Shown here in pieces: positions 49,065-59,837 of a stretch of DNA of 64,000 nucleotides (positions are counted from its first letter, which is position 1; each line of letters opens with the position of its first letter). Below the pieces are notes generated by a model. That model was not told the origin of the DNA and searched no databases. It saw nothing but the letters and a program-made list of their open reading frames with translations. The stretch covers positions 12,004 to 76,003 of the forward strand of contig CALKJZ010000007.1 in NCBI GenBank assembly GCA_937995515.1, in the 5' to 3' direction. A program made the position numbers and the translations under genes. This DNA comes from an uncultured Sphingomonadaceae bacterium. Lineage in GTDB: Bacteria; Pseudomonadota; Alphaproteobacteria; Sphingomonadales; Sphingomonadaceae.

Positions 49065-50400
49065 ATGGGAAACGCAAAGGCCGCCTCGGAGGGCACGGCC
49101 GACCTTGCGCGTCGCTTCCGCTGCGTGCGGGCGGCAACCGAGGCGCTCGTCGCCCCGCTTTCGGAGGAGGACTGCACGGCCCAATCCATGCCCGATGCCA
49201 GCCCGGTCAAATGGCATCTGGCCCACACGCCCAGGTTCTTCGAGACATTCGGCCGGTTGCGCGCGTGCCGGGCGCGCATCCGTTCGATTCCGGCCATGGG
49301 CTCCTGCTCAACCCCTGCTACAAGGGCGTGGCCACGGATATTGCCGCGCGCGCCGGGGCTGATCACCCGGCCGGGGCTGGCCGAGGTGCGCGCCTTCCGC
49401 GCCCATTCCGCGCCCATTCCGCGCCTATTCCGCGCCTATTCCGCGCCCAAGTGGACCGGCAGATGGAAACGCTTCTCGCCCGGCCGCGGCTCGATCCGGC
49501 CGTCCACGCGCTCGTCAAGCTGGGCCTGGTCCACAGGGAGCAGCCCGGGAGCTGATCCGTGCCGACCTGAAACACCTCCCCGCGCGGAACCCGGCCCTGC
49601 CGGCCTATGCCGGGCGCTGGCCGCGTGCGCCGGTGGCGCCGGTGGCGCGCGCAGGGGTGGCCTTCCCGGGCGGCCTGTGCGCCATCGGCCACGCAGGCGG
49701 GGGCTTCGCCCTCGACAATGAAAGCCCGCGGCACCACGTCTGGCTCGGGCCCTGTGCGCTGGCCTCGCACCCGGTCACCAACGCCGACTGGATGGGCTTC
49801 ATCGCCGATGGCGGCTATTGACGGCCCGGGCTCTGGCTTGCCGACGGCTGGGCGGCACGGGTGGCCCATGGCTGGACGGCGCCCTTCGACTGGCGCGAGG
49901 CCGATGGCGGGTGGCGCTGCTTTGCCCTGCACGGCGAGACACAGGTGGGCCCGAACGCGCCGGTGATCCACATCAGCCTCTACGAGGCCGAGGCCTTTGC
50001 GCGCTGGGCGGATGCGCGCTTTCCCACCGAGGCGGAGTGGGAGGCGGCCGCAGCGCCGCTGCCGGTGGCCGGCAACTCCGCCGACAGCGGGGCCTTCCAC
50101 CCGCTGGCAGCCCAGGCGCCAGCCGCCGATGGCACGCTTGCGCAGATGTTCGGCGATGTATGGGAACAGACCCGCTCGGCTTACGATCCCTGTCCGGGCT
50201 GTGTGCCGCAGGCCGGGACCGTGGGCGAAGACAATGGCAAGCTGATGAGCGGCCAGCAGGTGCCGCACGGCGGCTCGTGCGCCTCGCCGCCCGGCCATGT
50301 GCGGGCGAGCTACCGCAAATTCTTGCCGGCCGGAGGCCCGCTGGCAGTTCGCGGGCCCGCGCCTTGCGCGCGATGCCGGCCGCGCCGACGGCAGGGGGCC
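49065..50400 (+). pseudogene. egtB: Ergothioneine biosynthesis sulfoxide synthase EgtB, disrupted (multiple frameshifts, an in-frame TGA and a 44-bp repeat expansion)
   Basis: EgtB-like segments are spread over all three frames. They are SPVKWHLAHTPRFFETF; HPFDSGHGLLLNPCYKGV; LITRPGLAEVRAFRA; QVDRQMETLL...LVKLGLVHREQ; and FALDNESPRHHV...VTNADWMGFIADGGY followed by TGA (49819-49821) and then RPGLWLADGW...HISLYEAEAFARWA. MFGDVWEQT...GGSCASPPGHVRASYRKF follows, and after another shift, RWQFAGPRLARD. The start codon and its SD (GAGGAG) are intact. The 3' end is approximate. Confidence 0.75.
49395..49449 (+). repeat. Five tandem copies of an 11-bp unit (ttccgcgccca/ttccgcgccta) inside the egtB pseudogene
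   Basis: The units are at 49395, 49406, 49417, 49428 and 49439. Collapsing them to one copy restores the reading EVRAFRAQVDRQME. The four extra copies (44 bp) shift the frame. Confidence 0.9.
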
Positions 50401-50435
50401 GCGAACGCCCCGCTTCATAGACCCGCTTCATAGAC

Positions 50436-51366
50436 TTGAACGCGAACAAGGACCCGGTGTCGGCAATCGCTGAGGGGCTTCTTGAACAGTCGGCCCGGAT
50501 TGCCTCCGGCCTCTTCTGCGATGCGCCTGGCTCGCGGCTGTTCGAGGCGATCACCCTCCTTGCCGAATATGGCCTCACCCGCGCCGAGGCCGCGCTCCTT
50601 GCCGCCCATGGGCCCGCAATGGCCGCCGCCGCCCGCGCGCGGCTCGGCCCCGGCTTCCCGCTGGTCGACCGCGGCGCCGGCAGCTGTGCCAAGGCCGGGG
50701 AGCTGATCCCCATCTTGCTCCCGCGCGCTGTGTGGACCTCGACATCTCCGCCGACCATGTCCCCACATCGCTTGGCCGCGTGCAGGCGCGCTTTCCCCCT
50801 GCTCGAGATCGTGGGGGGGTGGGCCAGGATTTCGCCCACTCGTTCGAGCGTTCGCACGAGCTTTCAGACCGGCCAACCCTCTGTTTCTTCCCCGGTTCCG
50901 GCATCGGCCAGTTCACGCCTGCCGGGGCCGAGGCCTTTCTCGGCCGCCTGCACGCCGCCCTGCAGGAGCCCGCGGCGCTGCTGGCCGGCTTTGCCTCGTG
51001 CGCGAGGCCGCAGCGCTCGAAGCCGCCTATGACGACGCGCTGGGCGTCGCCGCCGCCTTCAACCGCACCATCCTCCGGGATGGGAACCGGCTGATCGGCG
51101 CGGACTTTGTGCCCGGCGCGTGGCGGCACGTGGCGCTGTGGCAAGCTGATCCTGCGCGGATTGAGATGCATCTCGAGGCCTTGCACGCGCAGACGGTGCG
51201 CTGGCCGGGCGGGGCACGGCATTACGCTGCCGGCGGGCGGATCCGGACCGAGATGTCCACCAAATGGACGGTCGCAGGGCTGGCGGCCCTCTACGCTGCG
51301 GCCGGGTTCGCAGCCCCCACCCTCTCGGAAGACCCGCAATCAGCCTTTGCCGTCGCGCCCGGCTGA
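50436..51366 (+). pseudogene. egtD: L-histidine N-alpha-methyltransferase EgtD, disrupted by several frameshifts
   Basis: EgtD-like segments alternate between frames: GLFCDAPGSRLFEAITLLAEYGLTRAE...LVDRGAGSCAKAGELIP; VDLDISADHV; RAFPLLEIVGG; VGQDFAHSFE...RPTLCFFPGSGIGQFTPAGAEAFL; and LEAAYDDALGVAAAFNRTILRDGNRLIGADF...IEMHLEA...RIRTEMSTKW. One switch coincides with a G7 run at 50813-50819. Confidence 0.75.
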
Positions 51367-52815
51367 GCGGAGCGCGAGGAGGAGGACGACCGTGTGCCCG
51401 GCGAGGATGAGCGGATAGGGCAGGGCGCCGAGAATCGCCATGCCGCGCACAACCTCGACGCTTGCCACTGCCATCAGCCCGGCTGCCAGCAGCAGCAGCG
51501 CGCCCAACAGCAGCCGGATTGCAACCGGCGGAACGGCCCTGCCTCCGGTTGACATCATGCCGAGCACGTAAGCCGCCGAATCGGTCGAGGTGATGAGGAA
51601 GATGGCAAGCAGCAGGAGAGCCGCCCAAGAGAGGGCCGGGCCGGGCGGGACGCTTGCCAACAGCCAGAAGAGCGCAGCGATGGGCTCGGCGAGCGCGGCC
51701 GTGGCGACTGGTCCGGCCGGATCGGTGGCGATCGCGCGAAGGCCGCTTTCGCCGATCATGGCAAACCACAGGTACGAGCCGAGCGCGGGGGCAAGGATGA
51801 CACCGGCGAGAAAGGCGCGCACCGTGCGCCCGCGGCTGATGCGCGCGATGAACACGCCCACGAACGGCCCCTACGCAAGCCACCAGAGGAAGCAGGTGAG
51901 CGTCCAGTCGCGGGTCCACTGCCCATCGCCGCCGAACGGCCTGAGGGTGACCGAGAGCCCCGGAAGGGCCACGAGACAGTCCGCAAGCGCGCGGGCAAAG
52001 CCGGCCATGAGCCCGGCCGATGGGCCGAAGAGCAGCACGTACGCCATCAGCCCGAGCGCCAGCACGATGTTGATGTCGGAAAGGATGCGGATGCCCCGCC
52101 CGAGCGGGGTGGCGGCCGAGGCGAGCGCAATGGCGCCGATGGTGGCAAGCCAGACCAGCAGGGCTGCCGCGCCCGCGGGCGGAGCCCCCAGGGCGCCGAG
52201 GCCGGAGCGGATGGCGAGCATGCCCATGGCCAGCGTGCCGGCGAGCCCGAACAGCACGGCGAGGATCCCGACACTGTCGGCCATCGTTCGGACCATGCGC
52301 GCGGCCACCAGCACCGAGCCCGTCGAAAGGGGCGGAAACGGTCATCGGACGGCCCCGGCGGAACGCGAACCACGCAAACACCAGCGCCGACCGCCATAGA
52401 TGGCCCAGGCATGCGGGCCCCAGCTGAGGAAGGTGAGCACCATGGCCTGCCGCATCGAGGCCGGCGAGAGCCCGCCGCCGCCTGGTGGTGCGAGCGCGTG
52501 GGTCGCCGGTTCGGCCGCCCCCCACACCACGAGCCCGGTCCCCATGCCGGCCGCAAACAGCATCGCGATCCACGAGAGCATTCGGAACTCCGGCTGCGCG
52601 GTGGCAGGGCCCAGCCGCTTGCCGCCGTGCGGCCCGAGCGCGAGCCAGGCGCACAGGATGAGCGCGCCGGTCGCCATGGCGAGGATCGCCCCGCCAAAGG
52701 TGCCAAGCGTCGCCGAGGTGAGCGCAAGCGCAAGCCCGGCAAGGCTGGCCGGCTGCACCAGCCCCGAGGCGGCAAGCACGGCCGCGGCGGGCAGGGCCAA
52801 GGGGCAGCGGCGCAT
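51340..52815 (-). pseudogene. BCCT-family (betaine/carnitine/choline-type) transporter, disrupted (at least 2 frameshifts and an in-frame TAG)
   Basis: BCCT segments are split across frames: SWIAMLFAAGMGTGLVVWGAAEP...WGPHAWAIYG; ALVFAWFAFRRGRPMTVS; and SVGILAVLFGLAGTLAMG...WTLTCFLWWLA. A TAG at 51871-51873 sits where Trp is expected, and GPFVGVFIARISRGRTVRAF follows. Confidence 0.75.
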
Positions 52816-52854
52816 TCGGGCGCATGCCTTCGCGCCCGCGCCGCGCCCTTCCCG

Positions 52855-52899
52855 CTGCGGCCCCTGCGGCCCCTGCGGCCTGTGCGGCCTGTGCGGCCT
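52855..52899. repeat. Five tandem 9-bp units (ctgcggccc x2, ctgcggcct, gtgcggcct x2)
   Basis: The array lies in the divergent intergenic region between the BCCT pseudogene start and the acyltransferase gene. Confidence 0.85.
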
Positions 52900-52940
52900 G
52901 TCTTTCCCTTGCCCCTCCCATCGCCTAGGACCCTAGGCCG

Positions 52941-54167
52941 ATGCCGGACGCAAGGTCGCAAGTCGCAATGCCGCAAGACCCAATGCCGCAAGAGACCGAG
53001 GAGAGGCCTGCCCGCACGCCGGGGCCCGCGGCGTCATCCGTCGGGCGCATGGTCTATCTCGACGCGCTGCGCGCCTTTGCGATGTTCTACGGCATCCTCG
53101 TGCACAGCGCGAGCATGGACACCTCGCGCAGCCACCTGCTGCTGCGGCTGGTCGGCGAGTCGAGCGACCTGTTCCGCATGGCGACCTTCTTTCTTATCTC
53201 GGGCTTCTTCACGGCCATGGCCTGCTCGCGCATGTCCACGGGCGCCTACCTCCAGAGCCGTGCCTTCGTGCTTGCCGTGCCCCTGGCCTCGAGCCTCCTC
53301 CTGCTCGCGCCGGTGACCAACTGGCTGATCCACCGCTTTCACAACGGGCCGGTCGGCCTTGTCGATTACCTTTCGGGCGGCTGGCGGGCGCCGACGGCCG
53401 GCAACGATGTCTGGCACCTTCATTTCTGGTTTCTGTTTTCGCTCATCGCCTTTGCGCTTCTCACGCCCCTCCTGCTTGCCCTTGCCCGCTCGCCGGCCAT
53501 CCTGGGCCCGCTGGGGCGCCTCGCCGCGGCGCGCCCGCGCGGCCTGTTCTGGCTCACCATCCTGCTTGTGGGCCTCGCTTCCATGCTGGGCTCGGGCACC
53601 TATGTGGTGGGGCTCAAGCCGATCGTCGAAGGCGGCCCGTTTGCATGGATCGCGCGCGCGACCCTCTTCTATTTCCCCTTCTTCCTGATCGGTCTCGTCG
53701 GGTTTGTCTGCACGCCCTGCTTCCGGGCCCTGCACCGGGCCGATCCGCTCGCGCTGGCGCTCTTTGGCACGCTCTTCGCCGCCGTCTCGTTCGGGCGGGA
53801 CACGCTGCCGCCGGCCCTGGGCGGGCTTCTGGCCGCCTTCTCCAAGGCCGCGCTCGTCGCAGCGATCGTGATGGCGCTTCTCCAGCTCTTCGAGCGGGTG
53901 GCGCGTGCCCCGAGCCGTCTCGTCACCCAGGCCGTCGGCAGCGCCTATACCGTCTACCTCTTCCACATGACGGTGATCTATGCGCTCGCCAACCTGTTGC
54001 TTCCGGTCACCGACGACCGGCTGATCCTGTTCCTGATCGTGGTGCCGGTGGCAACCGTCCTCCTCGTCCAGCTCCACCTGCGGGTGATCGCACCGAGCCC
54101 GACGCTGCGCTTCCTGTTCAACGGCCGCACCACCGCGCGCGGCCAGCCGGCGGTCCGCCCGTCCTGA
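52941..54167 (+). CDS. Acyltransferase family 3 (OpgC/OafA-like) membrane protein
   Basis: A polytopic protein with the family-3 N-terminal signature (RMVYLDALRAFAMFYGILVHS). The start is uncertain: the track uses 52941, and a later ATG (MVYLDALR) at about 53049 is plausible. Confidence 0.75.
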   Translation: MPDARSQVAMPQDPMPQETEERPARTPGPAASSVGRMVYLDALRAFAMFYGILVHSASMDTSRSHLLLRLVGESSDLFRMATFFLISGFFTAMACSRMSTGAYLQSRAFVLAVPLASSLLLLAPVTNWLIHRFHNGPVGLVDYLSGGWRAPTAGNDVWHLHFWFLFSLIAFALLTPLLLALARSPAILGPLGRLAAARPRGLFWLTILLVGLASMLGSGTYVVGLKPIVEGGPFAWIARATLFYFPFFLIGLVGFVCTPCFRALHRADPLALALFGTLFAAVSFGRDTLPPALGGLLAAFSKAALVAAIVMALLQLFERVARAPSRLVTQAVGSAYTVYLFHMTVIYALANLLLPVTDDRLILFLIVVPVATVLLVQLHLRVIAPSPTLRFLFNGRTTARGQPAVRPS

Positions 54168-54200
54168 CCTTCGGCTGGGTGTGCAACCCGGCGCGGGTTG

Positions 54201-54404
54201 TCAGCGCACCTTGCGCGCGCGTTCGAGCACCGGCCTCTGTCCCTCGGCATCGAGCGCGCCGGACGGCGGCGTGTCGGGCCTTGGGGTTTCGCTCGGCCCC
54301 TGGCGCGGGGTCCTCGCGTTGTGCGGATACACGGGCGCCTGCGCGGCCATCTTCTGCCTGAGCGCCTGTTCGGCCAGCTCGGCCTGGGTCCTGCTGCCGG
54401 TCAT
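54201..54404 (-). CDS. Small hypothetical protein (67 aa)
   Basis: ATG 54404 is preceded by a strong SD (AAGGAGAA, about 6 nt spacing). The protein reads MTGSRTQAELAEQALRQKMAAQAPVYPHNARTPRQG... No family was recognised, and it lies directly downstream of purA. Confidence 0.45.
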   Translation of the reverse strand: MTGSRTQAELAEQALRQKMAAQAPVYPHNARTPRQGPSETPRPDTPPSGALDAEGQRPVLERARKVR

Positions 54405-54466
54405 GCGGGGTTCTCCTTGCCCTCCGGTTGGCACGGCTGCGCTCAAGGTCAAGGGGCTGCAGCGGC

Positions 54467-55756
<1,290 letters not shown>

Positions 55757-55760
55757 GGGT

Positions 55761-56864
55761 TCAGCCCTCCAGCGGCCTCGGCTCGCCGTCCAGCAGGATG
55801 TGGGAGCAGTCGCGGGGCCCGGCCCCCTCGCACAGCGCCGCCACCGTGGCCCACCCCTGTGCGCGCAACCGCGCGGCCTCTGCACGCGGTGTGCCCCAGG
55901 GAAGGAACAGCCGCGCGCGGCGGCTGACCCCAAGGCCGGCATCCACCAGCGGGTCGAGATAGAGCGAGAAGCCGCAGGCCGGCTCCGCAGCGCGGCCCTG
56001 CCGCCGGATGGCATAGGCGCCGCCGCGGCCGATCTCGCCGCGCAGCGGCACGCCGCCCACGCGTCCGAACAGCGAGAAGCCGAGCGACTGATATTCGAAA
56101 CCGTGCCGCTCGGTCGGGTCGATGGTCACCCGCGCCGTGCCGAGCGCAAGCAGCGTATCGGTGACCGCCCGGAGCACGGCGCAGGTCGGCGCCACCGCCT
56201 CGCCGAGCGTTGAGAGGCGCGCAAGCGCCTCTTCCGCCGGGCCGGCAGCCTCGAGCAGCACGGCATAGGCAGAAGCGCCAAGGGCGGTGAGCGCGCCGGC
56301 ATCCTTGGCATCGAGCGCACGGGCGACCTCCTGCGGCTCGGCAACGGGAAGCGGGCCGGCGGCGAGCGCGGCGACGAGGCCGGGCACCGTCAGGTCGACC
56401 GAGAGATCGGCGACCCCCGCGGCCGCAAGGGCCTCGAGCGCCACCTCCAGCACCTCGGCGAGCGCTGTTTCGTCGTCTGCCCCGATCAGCTCGGCGCCTG
56501 CCTGCACCAGCTCCCGCTCGGGCGCAAGCTGCGTGCCGCGGCCGCGCAGCACCGGCCCGCCATAGGCCAGCCGCAGCGGCCGCGGGGCACCGGCAAGGCG
56601 GGTGGCGGCGATCCGGGCCACCTGGGCGGTGATGTCGGGCCGGAGCACGAGCGCCGCGCCCGTCACCGGGTCGGCTGCGCGCATGAGGTCGCGTTCCCGG
56701 CTGGTGAGCCAGCGGGCGAGATCCTCCTCATGCTCGGCGAGCGGCGGCTGCACCCGCTGGTAGCCGTGCGCGGCCGCGGTATCGACCACGGTGCGCAGCA
56801 GCGCGGCCATGGCCTCGGCTTCCGGCGGGAGCCGGTCGCGGAAGCCCTGGGGCAGCGGCGCCAC
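55761..56864 (-). CDS. hisZ: ATP phosphoribosyltransferase regulatory subunit HisZ
   Basis: A HisRS-like paralogue with [26 protein letters not shown] and [11 protein letters not shown] place the start at GTG 56864, downstream of the serA stop. The track ORF start at 56942 would overlap serA. Confidence 0.8.
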   Translation of the reverse strand: MAPLPQGFRDRLPPEAEAMAALLRTVVDTAAAHGYQRVQPPLAEHEEDLARWLTSRERDLMRAADPVTGAALVLRPDITAQVARIAATRLAGAPRPLRLAYGGPVLRGRGTQLAPERELVQAGAELIGADDETALAEVLEVALEALAAAGVADLSVDLTVPGLVAALAAGPLPVAEPQEVARALDAKDAGALTALGASAYAVLLEAAGPAEEALARLSTLGEAVAPTCAVLRAVTDTLLALGTARVTIDPTERHGFEYQSLGFSLFGRVGGVPLRGEIGRGGAYAIRRQGRAAEPACGFSLYLDPLVDAGLGVSRRARLFLPWGTPRAEAARLRAQGWATVAALCEGAGPRDCSHILLDGEPRPLEG

Positions 56865-56884
56865 GGTCTCGGCCCGGGCCGGCC

Positions 56885-58480
56885 TCAGGCGAACAGCAGC
56901 GACTTCACCGTCTTCACGCCCGGAAGCCGGCAGATGTCCCACAGGAGCGGTTCGTCAATGGCCTGGTCGACCGAAAGCAGCAGGATCGCCTCGCCGCCCG
57001 CAGTCCGTCGGCCGAGGTGGAAGGTGCCGATGTTGACCCCGGCCTCGCCCAGCCGTGTGCCCAGCCGGCCGATGAAGCCGGGCTTGTCCTCGTTCACGAT
57101 GAACAGCATGCGCTCGGCAAAGTCCGCCTCCACGTGGATGCCGAACATCTCGACGAGGCGCGGCGTGGCCGCCCCGAACAACGTGCCGGCCACCGACCGC
57201 TCGCCGTCCGGCGTGCGCACGGTCACGCGCAGGAGTGTCTGGTAGTCGGTATCCCGGTCGTGGCGCACCTCGGTGATGCCGATGTTGCGCTCGCGCGCAA
57301 GGAACGGCGCGTTGACCATGTTGACCGTGTCCGAGAACGCCCGCATCAGCCCGGCAAGCACGGCGGCGGTGAGCGGCTTGATGTTGAGCGCTGCCGCCGC
57401 GCCCTCGGCCTCCACGCGCACCTCGCGGATCTCGCCTTCCTCCACCTGCCCGAGCAGCGCGCCCAGATGCCCGGCGAGCGCCATGTAGGGCTTGACGCGC
57501 GGCGCTTCATCGGCCGTGAGCGAGGGCATGTTGAGCGCATTCTGCACTGCGCCCGTCAGCAGATAGTCGGCCATCTGTTCCGCCACCTGGATGGCGACAT
57601 TGACCTGCGCCTCCTCCGTGGAGGCGCCAAGGTGCGGCGTGGAGATGAAGTTGGGCGTCCCGAACAGCGGCGAGGCGCGCGCCGGCTCCTCGGCGAACAC
57701 GTCGAGCGCTGCGCCGGCCACGTGGCCGGAATCGAGAAGCTCCTTGAGCGCCGTCTCGTCGATGAGGCCGCCACGCGCGCAGTTGACGATCCGCACGCCC
57801 CGGCGGGTCTTCAGGAGATTCTCGCGCGAGAGGATGTTGCGGGTGGAATCCGTCAGCGGCGTGTGCAGCGAGATGAAGTCCGCCCGGCCGAGGAGCTCGT
57901 CGAGCGTCACCTTCTCCACGCCGATCTCGGTCGCCCGCTCGGGCGTCAGGAAGGGATCGTGGGCGATCACCTTCATGCCGAGCCCCAGCGCCCGGTTGGC
58001 GACGATCGAGCCGATGTTGCCGCAGCCGATGAGGCCGAGCGTCTTGTTGAACAGCTCCACGCCCATGAAGCGGTTCTTTTCCCACTTGCCGGCCTGGGTT
58101 GAGGCATCGGCCTCGGGCAGCTGCCGCGCGAGCGCGAACATCAGCGCGATCGCATGTTCGGCCGTGGTGATCGAGTTGCCAAACGGCGTGTTCATCACGA
58201 CAACGCCGCGGGCGGAGGCGGCGGGCACGTCCACATTGTCGACCCCGATGCCGGCCCGGCCGATCACCTTGAGCCGTGGCGCATGGGCAAGGAGCGCCGG
58301 TGTCACCTTCGTCGAGGACCGGATGGCAAGCCCGTCGTAATCGCCGATGATGGCGGCGAGCTCGTCGGGCGACAGGCCGGGCTTCTCGTCAACCTCGATC
58401 CCGCGCGCGCGGAAGATCTCGGCTGCGCGCGGGCTCATCTTGTCGGAAATGAGCACCCGTGGCGCGTGGCTCCTCGGCAC
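56885..58480 (-). CDS. serA: D-3-phosphoglycerate dehydrogenase (long form with ACT domain)
   Basis: 531 aa, with VLISDKMSP, LGLIGCGNIGS, FISLHTPLT and ARGGLIDE. The GTG start lies 3 nt after the serC stop. Confidence 0.95.
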   Translation of the reverse strand: MPRSHAPRVLISDKMSPRAAEIFRARGIEVDEKPGLSPDELAAIIGDYDGLAIRSSTKVTPALLAHAPRLKVIGRAGIGVDNVDVPAASARGVVVMNTPFGNSITTAEHAIALMFALARQLPEADASTQAGKWEKNRFMGVELFNKTLGLIGCGNIGSIVANRALGLGMKVIAHDPFLTPERATEIGVEKVTLDELLGRADFISLHTPLTDSTRNILSRENLLKTRRGVRIVNCARGGLIDETALKELLDSGHVAGAALDVFAEEPARASPLFGTPNFISTPHLGASTEEAQVNVAIQVAEQMADYLLTGAVQNALNMPSLTADEAPRVKPYMALAGHLGALLGQVEEGEIREVRVEAEGAAAALNIKPLTAAVLAGLMRAFSDTVNMVNAPFLARERNIGITEVRHDRDTDYQTLLRVTVRTPDGERSVAGTLFGAATPRLVEMFGIHVEADFAERMLFIVNEDKPGFIGRLGTRLGEAGVNIGTFHLGRRTAGGEAILLLSVDQAIDEPLLWDICRLPGVKTVKSLLFA

Positions 58481-58483
58481 AGG

Positions 58484-59713
58484 TCAGGCCTCCTGCGCGG
58501 CGTGGAAGGCCCAGTCGAGCCAGGGTGTGAGCGCGACGATGTCGGCCGTCTCGACGGTGGCGCCGCACCAGATGCGCAGACCCGGCGGCGCGTCGCGGTA
58601 GGCGCCGATGTCGAACGCCACCCCCTCGGCCTCGAGCAGCGCGGCCATCGTCTTCGGCAGCTCCGGCGGGCCGTCGACCACGAGGCAGACGCTGGTGTTG
58701 GAACGGGTCTCGGGCATCCGGGCGAGGTGGCTGACCCAGGGGGTCGATGCGACCCAGCGGTCGAGCGCGGCAAAGTTCGCATCTGCCCGCGCGCACAGCG
58801 CCTCGAGCCCGCCGACGGACTCCGCCCAGGCGAGCGCATCGAGATAATCCTCCACGCAGAGCATCGAGGGGGTGTTGATCGTCTCGCCGGCGAAGATGCC
58901 CTCGATGAGCTTGCCGCCTTTGACGAGCCGGAAGATCTTCGGCAGCGGCCACGGGGGCGTGTGGCTCTCCAGCCGGGCGACGGCGCGCGGGGAGAGGATG
59001 AGCACGCCGTGCGCGCCCTCGCCGCCGAGCACCTTCTGCCACGAGAAGGTGACGACATCGAGCTTCGCAAACGGCAGCGGCTGGGCAAAGGCGGCAGATG
59101 TGGCGTCGCACAGCGTCAGGCCTTGCCGGTCATCCGGGATCCAGTCGCCATCGGGCACCCGCACGCCGGAAGTGGTGCCGTTCCAGGTGAAGAGCACGTC
59201 GTGCGCGAAATCGACGGCGCCAAGGTCGGGCAGTTCGCCATAGTCGGCGCGCAGCACCACCGGGTCGAGCCTCAGCTGCTTGACGGCATCCGTCACCCAG
59301 CCCTCGCCGAAACTCTCCCAGGCAAGCGCCGTCACCGGCCGCGCTCCAAGCAGCGTCCACATCGCCATCTCATAGGCCCCGGTATCGGATGCCGGCACGA
59401 TCCCGATCCGGTAGTCGTCGGGTACGCGCAGCAGCCGGCGGGTCTGGTCGATGGCAGCCCTGAGCCGGGCCTTGCCGATCTTCGAGCGGTGCGAGCGGCC
59501 GAGCGAATCGGTCGGCAGTGCGCAAAGCGCATAGCCCGGCCGCTTGGCGCAGGGGCCCGACGAGAAGTGCGGCCGCGCCGGCCGGGTCACGGGGCGTGGC
59601 ACCTCGCCGGCTGCGGACGTGCCGCCGGCGGATGTCCGGGTCTTGGCTTCGGGATGGCGCGGCGCACTATGGCCGGCAGGCGCGCCGAGGGGCGCGGGGG
59701 CGGTGGCAGTCAT
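58484..59713 (-). CDS. serC: Phosphoserine aminotransferase
   Basis: ATG 59713 is preceded by GGAAGGAGAG. Signatures: [24 protein letters not shown] and [14 protein letters not shown]. Confidence 0.9.
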   Translation of the reverse strand: MTATAPAPLGAPAGHSAPRHPEAKTRTSAGGTSAAGEVPRPVTRPARPHFSSGPCAKRPGYALCALPTDSLGRSHRSKIGKARLRAAIDQTRRLLRVPDDYRIGIVPASDTGAYEMAMWTLLGARPVTALAWESFGEGWVTDAVKQLRLDPVVLRADYGELPDLGAVDFAHDVLFTWNGTTSGVRVPDGDWIPDDRQGLTLCDATSAAFAQPLPFAKLDVVTFSWQKVLGGEGAHGVLILSPRAVARLESHTPPWPLPKIFRLVKGGKLIEGIFAGETINTPSMLCVEDYLDALAWAESVGGLEALCARADANFAALDRWVASTPWVSHLARMPETRSNTSVCLVVDGPPELPKTMAALLEAEGVAFDIGAYRDAPPGLRIWCGATVETADIVALTPWLDWAFHAAQEA

Positions 59714-59837
59714 GACTTCTCTCCTTCCAGAGAGCGCGCGCCGCGTTGGGGCGGCGTGGCCCGCGACCGCCATGGCCGGGCGCGCCCGCGCCGTCAAGCG
59801 GCTAGGAGCGGGCGCGCCTTGCGTCTATGCCGCGGCC

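Noticed and set aside
49395-49449. The short tandem arrays (here and at 16766, 52855 and 62528-62773) as CRISPR arrays.
   Set aside because: The units are 9-15 bp and directly abutting, with no spacers. No cas genes are present.
49819-49821. The in-frame TGA in egtB as a selenocysteine or programmed read-through codon.
   Set aside because: The same gene has several independent frameshifts and a 44-bp repeat insertion, and I recognised no SECIS-like hairpin directly downstream. A simple nonsense mutation in a pseudogene is the economical reading.
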